From Piedraia hortae CBS 480.64 (Eukaryota), in NCBI GenBank assembly GCA_010093745.1, contig MU005965.1, positions 310,001-374,000 on the forward strand: DNA of 64,000 nt, given 5' to 3'. The first letter of the stretch is position 1; each line of letters starts with the position of its first letter. The notes under the pieces were generated by a model. The model was given only the letters and a program-made list of their open reading frames with translations, ran no database searches and was not told the DNA's origin. This document shows, one piece after another, positions 46,938-58,431 of this stretch. A program made the position numbers and the translations under genes.

Positions 46938-49856
46938 GTTGGTGGGTGGTGATGGTAGCTATGGGTGTGAAGGGTTCTTCTGTTCTATTTTGTTCTTATT
47001 ATGGCTGGCTTTAAGGTCTCTTCTGGGCAAAGGATCATTCTTTAATGGGTGGGAAACTAGAAGCGTGCAGTTCACGCACCGTTACCAAGTTGGCATGCCG
47101 CCATCAAATTTCAGTGGCAAGACCGTTCCGCTCATGGGACATCTCATTGAATACAAACCATCTCCTCATGTGGTTGCGCGGTACGATAAGAAAAAGAGTT
47201 CTTGTGATGATTCCGTTCACGCATCAGGTAAAGGACCTAAGAACGTGACATGTTTGTGCAGCTCACCAAAGAGCCCATGCCGCACTTGACTGAACTATAT
47301 GTTACGGAGAATCCCGGACGGACAGAACGGGACGTGGGCAGGTCTACGCGGTACGGGCCGCATCACGCACTACAAAGCTGCGAATTTTGTGACGACCTCC
47401 AAATCGTTACGTTCTAGTGAGTATAGAGGCTGTCTGAACTCGTTCTGCACCATCTGTGACACTATGGAGCCGAAAAAATTGTACTCTCGGCTGCAGGCTG
47501 ATTGCCGTTCACTTTTCTGGCAGGCCGTGTGCAGATCGGTGCTACGTCGATTCATCTCAGAAAATTAGGACACGAGGTTGATGGTTTATCTAGCAACCGA
47601 GTTATAAAAAAGTGGGATCTGTGGGAATTCCAAAACTTTTGTGTCTCGTGCCTCCTCTCAGGTGGATTCTACTCCTTCTCAACTACCGGGCCGGCTGAGC
47701 ATCTTTGACCTATTCCAGCTCAAGCCCATGACCAGGCAGCCTAGCCATCATTCTGGGGTCATCCTTCTTAGGTAGAAGTTGTTGCCTAAGGAGGGTAGAC
47801 GAGAAGCCCAGATCCGGCGCCGAGCTTGCTGGCTCAGATGCCTTGACTGCTTGAGACACTCAGCGTGGGTTGTTCGCGCTTGAGGTGGGCAGCAGCATGG
47901 GGCTGATCATGCAGGAGCGACAGGGTCTCTCTTTGAGCGAGTGGGCAGTGATCATCGACCGCCAAGATAAGTGTCAGGGGAGAGAGGGATGTACCCTGTT
48001 GCCTCCGATGCGGAACGGAGTGACAAAAGTGATAAGCTTTCGTAGACCCCCTGAGAACTGCTTGTGCTGGTTTGCTTGTAGTTTGGATGTTTGCTTATCG
48101 TGTTTGTACAGTAGCCACTCAAGCTATTGATACAATCTGTCACCATCTTTCTCGTTCATGAAGAAGTCTTGTGTCAACTGGCTCCACATCACACCCAGCT
48201 TAGACACGAGAATGAGTCGATCATATCAAAGGACTGTGACGCTCTTTCTCTGTCGTCGCCTTATTCCTTGTCCTGCACCCATCAGTTAGCCGGTCTTCAC
48301 GGACCCATTGCAGGTTTTTGTGTGATAAGTGCGTAGTTCATATGTGAGGAAGGGCAGGAAGATGATAATCTCTCTTTAATGTGGCGATTGTGAATGTTGT
48401 GTGTGATTGCGTGTTCATGAGGGGATTGGGATGGAGGGGTAGCCCCACCTTTAGGATCAATTGTTATAATTGTGAGTAGATGTGTACCACTATGCATACA
48501 AGTCTCCATGGAAAACTAGTTGACGCGTCAACTCGAGAGCCGAGCACCGATTACCAATAATGCGCGTAGTATACCGCATATTCACAACATCAATCCGCCA
48601 AGACCACATCGCATGACAAGACTTATCCAAACACTAGCGTAATTAGGCAAACCCTCCAAATCTTGGCCACCCAACCTGGTATATGACTGCAGGCGAGGAC
48701 ACGCAGGGCCGTCAGAGAATGCCGAAGTGGCCCAGACTGAGCCAAAATTTCGAGAAAACGAAGCCTAGAAGCGAGCTACTTAGCGATTGCGCGTTCCATT
48801 GGCGGGAACTGAAGCAGAACGGCGGAACTAGCATTCCCTTGGGAGGGGACGTGCTACTTCTGGCAAATGGTGAGCAAGTTTTGCAAACCAAAACACAAGA
48901 GAAAAACTTTGCTCGCAGACTTTCGGCAAACTGTTATCGACATGTCAAATGTCAGAGGTTTGCACTGATACTTGACCAACGTGGGCCCTCATCTTGAACT
49001 TACCGTACGATTACGAGGAATGAGACCCCATAGGTGGACGTGTGGGTTTCGCTGCTTATGGCTCGAATAGGCATCCGCAGGGTGCATGGGGTAGCGAATG
49101 GATGTCCTCTAGGCGAACGCTATGAGCAATTTCTATGAATAAAACGCCAGCTTCGTTGAACGACAGAAAAAAATCATTCATTGCTATGCATCAAGTCTTC
49201 ACGATGAAAAGCGGCCCAACGTAGCATGTCTACCGCAACAGCCAAGCACCGTGTTCTTGTAAGTCTGACCCTTTAGTACATACAACAAGGACCGCTCACT
49301 CCTACTCTGGAAATGCCTTGTACGAGATTGTCATGATATAATAGCCGAGCACGCTTCTAAGCCATATCCCAATTACAACGCGATAAATATCACGGGAATA
49401 ACGATCTATTCAGACTCAAGTTAAGAGCGCGTGTCTGCAGAAATATGATAATAATCAATTTAATTAAAAGTGTTATCTGGTTCCGTCGCTGATCTACCAA
49501 CACTATGTCCACAAGGTTCGCCGCAAACAGTATTCCATTTCCGGTCATGGAACGGTGGAACGATGATTAAAGCCACGAACCGTTCCACGCTCAGAGAAAA
49601 GGAAAATCTGCATTCCCCATCGCCGATTACAGCTATGCAGTTGCGACTTATTTTGTCAACATATATACTGCCCTTCCCCCATACGGATACCAGGCAACTT
49701 AAACAGACGCCGGTCGCGAGATGGCAGAAACTTGCGGGAGGTTGTCTTCATGTTCTTTACAGGCGCACTCAAACGTCTTTTTCCCGACAACGCCCCACTC
49801 ACCACCAACCATAGGCTTCGAAAAGTCGCAGAAAAAGTTCTCTGCTAGAAATCAAT

Positions 49857-50083
49857 ATGTCCCTCGGAGAAAACTCCAACATGTTTCGCAGCGAGTGTAC
49901 CGTAAACTGCGAAATCGCCGACCCTACGTTTCAGCGTGCTGCCGGAGCCGAGGCGGGGGCGCAAACACGTTCTCCCAAGGGCGAGGCCGCTGCTCGCTCG
50001 AAGAAAGACCCTAGAGCGTCGGTCAAGCAGCTTACAGCAGAGTCCCAAGCCAAGCTCCCCCGCAAGGAGCGCAAGACGCTTGG
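49857..50083 (+). pseudogene. LTR-truncated paralogue of the 57540-58100 orphan gene
   Basis: EIADPTFQR...AQTRSPK..AAARSK..P.AS.KQ.T aligns with 57540 onward; upstream DNA 49760-49856 resembles 57443-57539. Confidence 0.75.
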
Positions 50084-50443
50084 TGTAGCGATTGGGCTCC
50101 CGTGGATGCGAGTGCGCAGCGGCCCGAAGAGGTCGAAGCGATAGACGGAATCAGGGACAGGACAGATGTAGATGTATATGAGTCAATACCAGTGTCGATA
50201 TGACAGTGTGAATGACTATATGTCTCTATGAGGGGACGTCAGAATAAATATTCTGTTCCGGTGGGCCGGTGACGTCACGTCGCACACTAACAGAGCGCAT
50301 TCACCATGTCACATCTGACATGACCCTGAGGGAAACCCTCTGTGAGGAAAAAACCTATGGTGCAGCCGGTAGCGTAGGGGGTATAGCTGACTTGCTGTGC
50401 AAGTGTCCCGCATACGCGCTAGCGGCGATGCTTGATTCCGACA
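50084..50443. mobile_element. Solo LTR, family C (copy 3, inverted relative to copy 1)
   Basis: 360 bp, TGTAGC...CCGACA; flanks CTTGG/TCCAG differ, so no TSD; it joins two truncated genes. Confidence 0.85.
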
Positions 50444-51808
50444 TCCAGCAGAGTAAATAATCTGATATCATCTACAAGCGTCGAGAGCGCCAATTCCCAG
50501 CGTGGTCCGAAGATCATTCTCATATCTTTGCTGGTGAAGGGGCCTGATTGTAGGAGACGGCTAATGGGTTTCCTGAAATCGCAAGTTAGATAAGTTGTGC
50601 TGTTGTTCGGACAATAATGTAGGTATTTAGCTCTCGTGGGTGAGAGTGCACAGCGACCCGAAGAGGGCGGAGCGATAGACGGAAACAGGGACAGGAAAGA
50701 TGTAGATGTGTGTAAGTCAAAATACCAGTTGCAGCATGGTAGTGTGAATGACTATTTTCAATAAGGGGACGTTCAGAATGAAAATTCTGTTCCGGTGGGC
50801 CGGTGACGTCACGTCGTACACTAGCGGGGCGTATTCACCATGTCACATATGACATGACCCTGAGGGAAAACCTCTGTGAGGCGAAAACCTAGGGTGCAGC
50901 TGGTAGTGTAGGAGGTATCGCTGACTTGCTATGCAAGTGCCCTGCATACGCGCTAGCGGCGATGCTTGAATCCAACAAATAATACTCATGACAAACCCTA
51001 AAATGAATCGTCTCAGGATGGCTACGTGATATTTGCGCGGCGTACGAGCTCATTGCACATATCAAAGGCGGGTAACATGTGTGTAAAGGTCCATAGCGCA
51101 TCAAAAACAGGTCCCACACTTGTCCACATACATGTGTCTGTACCTTGTCGACACCTGGCATTCTTTCGAGCAAAGCCGAGTATCCAGTGAGTGGGAGCAT
51201 AGCACACGCCGGATAGCGAGACGTGGGTGCAGCCCCGCGGCGTAATAGCGGCAGCTTGATGGATTTAGGCCACCTTTGATTCCGTTTCCATCTGCAAAGA
51301 TTGGAGCAAATTGCCAGGTGTTCAAAGCTCTGTTGAACATCTCGTCGGTATCAAAATATGTCTCGTGAATAGTCTTTAAGCCTTCGCGTATGTTCAACTT
51401 ACTTAGTACTTCCATCATTGGCTTTCACATCGACTGTGTCTGCAGTACCGTTTCGCTGGTGTATATGGGAATTTGGACGGTGATCCCTCTAGTCCCAGAT
51501 CTTCAAACTGGTCTACGAAGGCTTTGAGCAGGAGCTTCACGGCACATATAGCTCTTTTTGGCTCTGCATCTCCTCCGAATATTGTCCGAAGCCCCGCGAG
51601 CAAGTGACAGTCACTTGTAGTGTGCATGGCAAATATGTACTCCTGATCAGTAGCCAGAAGTGTGGTACGGAAGCCGAAGATCCTTTCATTAGGCACCCTG
51701 TTTTCACTATCCGCATGCGTTCGGTAGATACATTAAAACCAATACGCGGAGTCAAGATCAAAATTTGCTTGTATTTCTATTGAATGTCCGCACCAACGGC
51801 TCGTTCAT
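50444..51808 (-). pseudogene. MYND-like family gene, copy 1 (pseudogene)
   Basis: Colinear with 58432-59758. Stop in exon 1, frameshifts, intron-2 donor GT changed to AT, an LTR inside intron 2, and exon 3 cut by a second LTR. Confidence 0.85.
50618..50977. mobile_element. Solo LTR, family C (copy 4) with 5-bp TSD AATAA
   Basis: 360 bp, TGTAGG...CCAACA; AATAA at 50613-50617 and 50978-50982. Confidence 0.92.
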
Positions 51809-51927
51809 GTTGTGTCCGTTATGTTTGGTTGTGTTGTGAACCTTATAAGGGTGCTCTGCAAGCGCTTCTGCGATACACCATTTTTTCCAAATTCGAGCAA
51901 ATGCAACAAATGACTACAAAGCATGCC

Positions 51928-52400
51928 TCACTCACTGACACCTAGGACCATCTGCCAAGCACAAAGCTTGAGTCTGATAGTAAGTATTTTCTGGGTCTTG
52001 TCACCAAGTCCACGCCAAGTCCAGACCAGCTTGACCAGGCAAGCTTTCCTGCAAAACCGCCATTTGTCTTCAGACCAGCAGCTCACACTTGAAACAACCT
52101 CATCGCCGCTCTCGACTTTCACACCAAGCCTAATGGAATTGTACTACCTATTGCCAGCTGAGCGAGTAACGAAAGCTCATGAACCAACATCGTATGATAA
52201 CTTAACATGCTACCACGATTCTGATCGCTCCATTCAATGCTACGAACTGTAGAAAGACGAGCTGGAATCACAGTAACAGCAAATGTCCTACTAGATGGCG
52301 AGGGTATGCTCATCAGTGCTACGTTGTCAACAGTATTTGTTACTGGGCTGTCCGCAGTAATGTCCACCAATATCACATTGCCAATTCCCCAGAGGTCACC
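51928..52400 (-). pseudogene. Degraded unknown gene 'Y' of the duplicated cassette
   Basis: DNA similar to 59877-60400; shared C-terminus IRLKL.A...V..VS[ED]*. Confidence 0.4.
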
Positions 52401-52579
52401 AATAACACGGGGCTGTCAGTGGTTTCAAACATCGATTGAGGCGAGAAGTGCACCTACACATTAGCGTTTGGAGTGCGTTAAAAAAGGCGATCTTGCAGCG
52501 TCATTAACCACGCTCCTTGTCTCAATTTGAACATATGGCCCGGCGTGTAAGTTTTCGTTCAAAACTAGCATACTCTAAT

Positions 52580-53902
52580 CTACTCCATTGCGATCAACGC
52601 CCTCTCCCACTCCTGAAGCTCAAGATGCTTTGGATTCAAGCATTGGATGACCAACGAATATGCGCGTGCAGGGCTGTCCCACAAGGGGTCGGTCCACTTA
52701 AACAGAGTCACAAAATTCTCATATCGCATCCGTTTGGTATCATTTTCTCGTAGATGCTCAAGCAACATCACTCTTAACGTTTGTAAACTCTGCACTCGTC
52801 GTATCATGGATTCGTCGTTCAACGGTTGTGAAAGTTGGAGTGGGAGATTCTCGTCCAGCCGAGAGTCGATCATTTGCCGAAATGAATCGGGTGCCGCTTG
52901 GAGCCGCTGGGTCAAGTCAATGTCCACCATCAGTGGCCCCAGGGCCCGCGTCCAGTATCGACCAAAAAGATTAAGCATATTGTCAGGGGTGCAAAGGCCA
53001 GATCGCATCAGGCGACGGATGGGTTTTCTGAGATTTATGGTCAGGCGAGGCGAAGTCTTTGGTCTAGATACTTACGAAAAGCCTTCAAACTGCGGGCTTC
53101 CCTGGGGAAGTACAATGTGGGCATCATCGGCAAGAACACGATTTTCTGCGAGGATCGCCGCCTCATGGGTGAACACACGCAGTGCGTCATTGATCGGTCC
53201 CTGCCTCGTGCACTCAAACTGGTGTCTGATTCGGAGACGTGTCCCACAGCCGTCCTTACAACCTCGGACATCGCGCCTGTGATTGCAGTACATAATACGA
53301 GAGCTTGCTAGGCGGGGTCGCATTCCACTCTGACAATAGGGACAGTTTTCCATGTTCGGTCCACCTGTAATTCCATGTCCACCTGCGAGAACCGAAGCAG
53401 TCTTCACAACGTTCCAATAGACATTATATTCATCGTCCTGGGTGGGTTCAGTCTCATATATCGTCTTAAGCCCGTTGGAAATATCGAGATTTCTCAGTTT
53501 ATCCATCATTGGCCGGCGTAGCGTTTCATCTCCAAGATACCATCTCACAGGCGCCGTTGCGTGGCTTGGTTCATGTCCCGGCAACCCTGGATCATGTTTC
53601 TGGTCCACAAATGCTCTGAATAGCAGCTCCACTGCCAATGTAGCCCTGATTTCCTCTGAATCTTCTGCATATATCCTCCGCAGCCCTGCGAGTAGCATGC
53701 GTTGACTCCCCAGTTCTTTGGCAAAAACAAACTCCTGGTATTGACCCAAGATCGTAGTCCGGAAGCCAAAGACCCATTCTCCGGACCCACTGCTTTCTAT
53801 CGTCAGTATGCATCCAACATGGGGCGTAGTAATATTTCGCTACCTGGACGGGTCGTTGTCAAACATCGGCAACGCATTGAATGCCCGCACTAATTCACCC
53901 AT
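52580..53902 (-). CDS. MYND-like zinc-finger orphan protein, copy 2 (406 aa; introns 53790-53843 and 53028-53075)
   Basis: Exons of 59+714+448 nt give an open 407-codon frame. Cys/His cluster CPYC...C.H.....C...C.......H...C; intron positions match copy 3. Confidence 0.75.
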
Positions 53903-54273
53903 GGTATGACGTGGTCAATGCGAAGAGCCGTATGGCAAACTTGATTAGCGCCAATGCTGTTAGTCATATCTTCCTTCTCATATTAATACTCTTGGACCGT
54001 GCGCTGGCGCTACGAGTTTCTGGTTCGCCTGTTTCAACTTGCTAGTCTGAAAGTAGGTTTTGACCGCTCATATCTTGACCTTCCAGGCAAGATGTACAGT
54101 TCTTACAAATGGCGAGAAAACTTCGTAAACCAGAAAGCGAAGCAAAAAATTAAGTTCTTTCAGGATATTTGACAAACTTGGGCGCTCCGTAACCACTCCA
54201 TCTCTCCATGACGATAAATAGAACTTCCTGGAGTGTATAGGTGTATTTGCTGTCTACGTCTTGGAAAAACTAT

Positions 54274-54578
54274 TGTCGGAGGGGTGAACCTCCGAGGACT
54301 AGAGCGGCATAGATGTCAACGACAAAAGTTTTCACTCAACTTTTACTGAAAAATGTGTAACGTAGATGTCTATCTCTATGAGGTGAGGTTCGAAATCTTC
54401 CCCACACTACCTCAGTCTAACCGCATTTGCCAGGACAACGTCAGCGAACCATGCCCTTAAGCATGAGCGAGACAATGACCCGTCTCAGGGAAAACTTCCT
54501 CTATAGAGGTAAAAACCCTGAGAAGTTTCGACTTCTATCTATAGTTCTGGTCATGGTGGGTGCCACAACCTTTTGACA
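54274..54578. mobile_element. Solo LTR, family A (copy 3) with 5-bp TSD ACTAT
   Basis: 305 bp, TGTCGG...TTGACA; ACTAT at 54269-54273 and 54579-54583. Confidence 0.92.
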
Positions 54579-55043
54579 ACTATCGCTAGATATATGGCAT
54601 AGCAAATTGCCGCTTTCCAGGCGCATCCTATGGTACAAGGTACAAGAGAAAACGAGGAGTAGGATTAAATCGCTCTGCACACAAGACTATCCAGAATTAT
54701 TAACACCCCAACACAGCATAACCACCGCAGCATCCATGCATCGATCTCTAGAAAGCTCATTGAAACATATCGTGAAACGTATTGGTGTTGGGCGACAAGA
54801 TAGTGTGAAGATAAGAAGCGAAAGATAAGCTGTCCGAATTATATTTCTGCTGTCCTCCTTTGTGTGACGAGCATACGCCATTTCAGTGCCGAAATAGTTT
54901 ACGTCAAGTATGTGGTGATGCATTTTATCACCTGCGAAGATGCCCAATAGTCAAATCATTTAATCAAGCGGATGGCAGTCAGAATATTCTTGGAAAACGT
55001 AAGGATGAGGATGGATGGAAAGCAAAAATTCATGATACGGACG

Positions 55044-55910
55044 TTAATTAATAAGAACTTATTCGTAAACAACATTGTCAAGTTTCTTGGAGGATCATTG
55101 GGTCGCTCAGGAGGCTACTGCAAGACAGCCAAGTTCGAGACGTCAGTAACCCGCGACAGGGCCGCGTAAAATTGACCGTGAGAGAAGCAAGGCCGTCTAA
55201 GGCCCTGACCGTGTCAAGGGACTGCCCTTGGAACTTATTGATATGTATTGATGGCGAAGCAGGGCTTGATCAGGAACTGCTTGCGTTTAATGACCCACGG
55301 CAACTCACCCTCGTTGCTCAATAGCTTCGTGCGATATATAAATCCATGTTTGCCGTGGATTCCCACCCCAATGATCCGAGCTTCAATGCATCTGCGATGC
55401 AGCCGCGTGATCAACAACTTGGTACCATTGCAGAGCCATCTCTTTGGGTCAAGATTCCGCATTAGCATGACAGGCGTCCCGACCTTCAAGCGAAGGTGGG
55501 ATGGAGGCAGAAAGAATGTTGTCAAGCTGGCTAGAAACTCGGCTGTCAGTTCGTGGATCGTGCTCGAATCATCACGATCTGCCGTGTCATCTGCATGAAA
55601 AGATCGAGGCTCTCCGTCCATCAAATCCACTATCAGCTCGTTGATCTCCGCGATCATATTGTTGTGTGGGGAAAGGATGGCTCGACTGGCAAAGAAGTCG
55701 TCGTTCACCAGGGCCGTGTTCATGATCCGCCGGGGATAGAGGAACTCCACCAAGTCGTTCATCCTTGTGAAGCGACTGGAAACCATCGTCAGCAACTGAA
55801 GCGACCCGTGAAGCGACCGCTCATACTACATCTGTCCGATTCATTGAGCCCATGACCGGTTCACCGCCCCTTGCATTAGCCTCATATTTGCGGTCAGCTT
55901 ATGTACGACA
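55044..55910 (-). mobile_element. Helitron PIF1-like helicase C-terminal remnant
   Basis: LTANMRL, RAILSPHN...EIN, PPSHLRLKVGTPVMLMRNLD...LCNGT, frameshifted KSQGQSL and FSHGQFYAALSRVT. Confidence 0.88.
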
Positions 55911-56049
55911 TATTGTCATCTGACTTTGCTCTACAGAATTTTCCTTGCATAGTCTTTATGATTATGCCGAGGCGTGGCAAGCAGTAGCAGGCACCGTGCG
56001 TACGTGCAGTAGCGAAGGCTTCAATCCAACACTCCCACTGAAGCAAGCT

Positions 56050-56880
56050 GCTCTGTAGGCAGGGTAACCTGGACTATTCCTCCGGTGGGCAGAACACACA
56101 GGAGAGTAATGTCTCCAATGCCTTGGACTGGGATCTCGGCTCCCCCAGCGACCTTGATTGAATCTTGAGAGGCCTGTGGTGTTTGAAAATCCTCTTCGAA
56201 TCCTGTCATATGCCTTGATACACCGGTATCGAGCAGCCAGTTTGAGACAGTGCTGATGGCAGTGTTTCCCACAACTTCGGACACAGTGGCCATCAGTGCC
56301 ATCGCTGGTACCTCGATAGCTTAATGGAATTGTTTTGTCAATCAAAGTGCGTTAAGCGATTTTTGTGGACTTTGCGTCGTTGGCTCTGGGTGTTCTTGAG
56401 TAGTCGGCAGTTGTGATGGTTGTGGTTCTTGTAGGAGGATCCCTTGGACTTGCAAAAAGAATACTCGTCATACTTGGTTTGTACGGCCAGTTGTCTGAGT
56501 GTATAGTGCAAGCGACTTAGAAGTGTTCAGTTCGCGTCTTTCGGCCAAATCGAAAATCCTAGCCTCCACATCAACGAACTTCTTTGCTCAGGTCGTGGCG
56601 AAATTGTCAACCATTTGGTTCATGAAACTTGGCAGCGTCGCCAGGAAGAACATCCCCTTAAATTCCTTATTGTTGAAGACCTCGCGTAGGGATTTCGGAA
56701 GGATTAACAAAGAACTCGTGCAACGCTGCGAAATTTTTGACTATTTCTTGTCAAAATCTTCAAAGTGTAACTTGATATCTTCTCCCGAGAATCTTGTGGA
56801 CAGAAGATTTCGAAATATGCCGATCGAATTCGGCTCGATTTTCCTGTCAAATTTCTCTTGCAGAGTCATTTCAACATTTG
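56050..56880 (-). mobile_element. Ty1/Copia gag-protease remnant
   Basis: WLLDTGVSRHMTG...IKVAGG..IPVQGIGDITL (Copia protease region); upstream gag-like FFLATLP.F..MVDN with stops. Confidence 0.8.
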
Positions 56881-57539
56881 GAGTAGACAGCAGTCTAAAG
56901 ATTAGGTGTTAATGTACAGGTACTAGTACTGACATACATTGGCAAACCAAAGTATATCAGAAAAGCCTTTCTTCTCTGTCTTTTGTTGTTGTGTACAAAG
57001 CTCTCGAAATCCTCTTTGTCAGTTCCTTGCGAGTGACATTGCTTTGCTCTTCTTTGTCAATGACGGAAACATCGAATACATGTGAGAGCAGCAGCTCATG
57101 CTCACTCTGGCAATGCCTCGGCATCTAAATTGTGGTATCGTCTTGACGCAAGGGCTGAGGGCACATCTCAGCAACCCCAATTAAATCTCTACCAAAGTTA
57201 CGAGACCAACAGTCTCTTCGGATCCGAGTTATGAGTGTGGACCTGAAAGGAAATTTAAACCCACAAACAGTTTCGTTTTCAAGGGGTGAAAGAGCAAAAT
57301 GCCTCCAACATGGGCCCATCACAGCCTTGAGGTTTGCACAAGAATATCACACAAACTTTTCTGATCCAGACATCAGCAATTCCATCATCACACTGCCCGC
57401 ATCACAGACAAATACATGAATATTGTCTAGCACGTTCTTGACACGCGCACTCAAAAGCTTATTCCCACGGGAACACCCCACTTGTCACTACGCATTGGCT
57501 TCCAAAACCCGCAAAAGCAAATCCCCATTAGAAACCAAA

Positions 57540-58100
57540 ATGTCACACGGCGAAGCAACCAAAATACCTCGCGGCGAAGATCCCGCAAACCCCGAAATCG
57601 CTGGCTCTGCATTTCAGCGCACTGTCAAAACCGAAAAGGACGCGCAAACCCGTTCTCCCAAGAATAAGACCGCTGCCCGTGTGAAGAATGCGCCTGGAGC
57701 ATCGGCCAAACAGCCTACGATAAAGCCCCAAGTCAAACCTCCCCACAACGAGGGCAATGGTGCGTTCAAAAAACCCAAACCGGCTGACGACGAGGCGAAA
57801 AAGGCCGCCAAGAGACTCGCCTCGGTAAGATACCGGGAGAAGAAGAAGTTGGCCAAGAAAGGACAACAGGCTCGCGTGCCCGCGCCGAGTGCGGAGCAGT
57901 CCAATGGCGAATGTGTGGAGCAGCGCGAACAGGTCAAGGCTCCTTGGCTTACGGAAGAGGAGCTTGATGTCATAAGGTCTAATGAGTCAATATGGGTGGC
58001 GCAGACAAATGACTTGGTCACGCGCGATGCGGAGGGCGGTGAGTGGAAGTGGATGAGCCAGGGGCGCTGGAGGCAGTGGAGTCGTGTCGAAGAGACATAG
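57540..58100 (+). CDS. Small basic orphan protein with C-terminal 'GRWR' domain (186 aa)
   Basis: Open frame from ATG 57540; basic segment KKAAKRLASVRYREKKK; C-terminus homologous to 21256-21888. Confidence 0.7.
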   Translation: MSHGEATKIPRGEDPANPEIAGSAFQRTVKTEKDAQTRSPKNKTAARVKNAPGASAKQPTIKPQVKPPHNEGNGAFKKPKPADDEAKKAAKRLASVRYREKKKLAKKGQQARVPAPSAEQSNGECVEQREQVKAPWLTEEELDVIRSNESIWVAQTNDLVTRDAEGGEWKWMSQGRWRQWSRVEET

Positions 58101-58431
58101 TTCGATTCGCTAGACGGCAAAAGCATTACTTCGTTGTCGTTGACTTCTGTGTAAAGTGAAAGGATGTTCGTTGACCTTAAATTTCAGACCTTATACATAG
58201 ACAGCTTCGTTAAGCAAGGAAAAAAGTTTGATGTAGGTGTTGGGGAGCGCTTTCCTGAAACAACTCGAGTTTTGAGGAAGGTGGAAAATTCTTTTCGCAC
58301 TTGAAGATTGCAAACGGTAAATGTGAGCAGGCTGGTGAATCTCAAAGGCAAAGTTTTTCAAATTGATGCATATCAATAGCCCCTAATCTGCCTAGAGCAA
58401 GTTCTACACTAACCAGAGCTCGATCAAAGAT

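Noticed and set aside
47300..48500. TGTTACGG start and degraded ORF-like sequence
   Set aside because: No matching LTR end and no recognisable protein motif.
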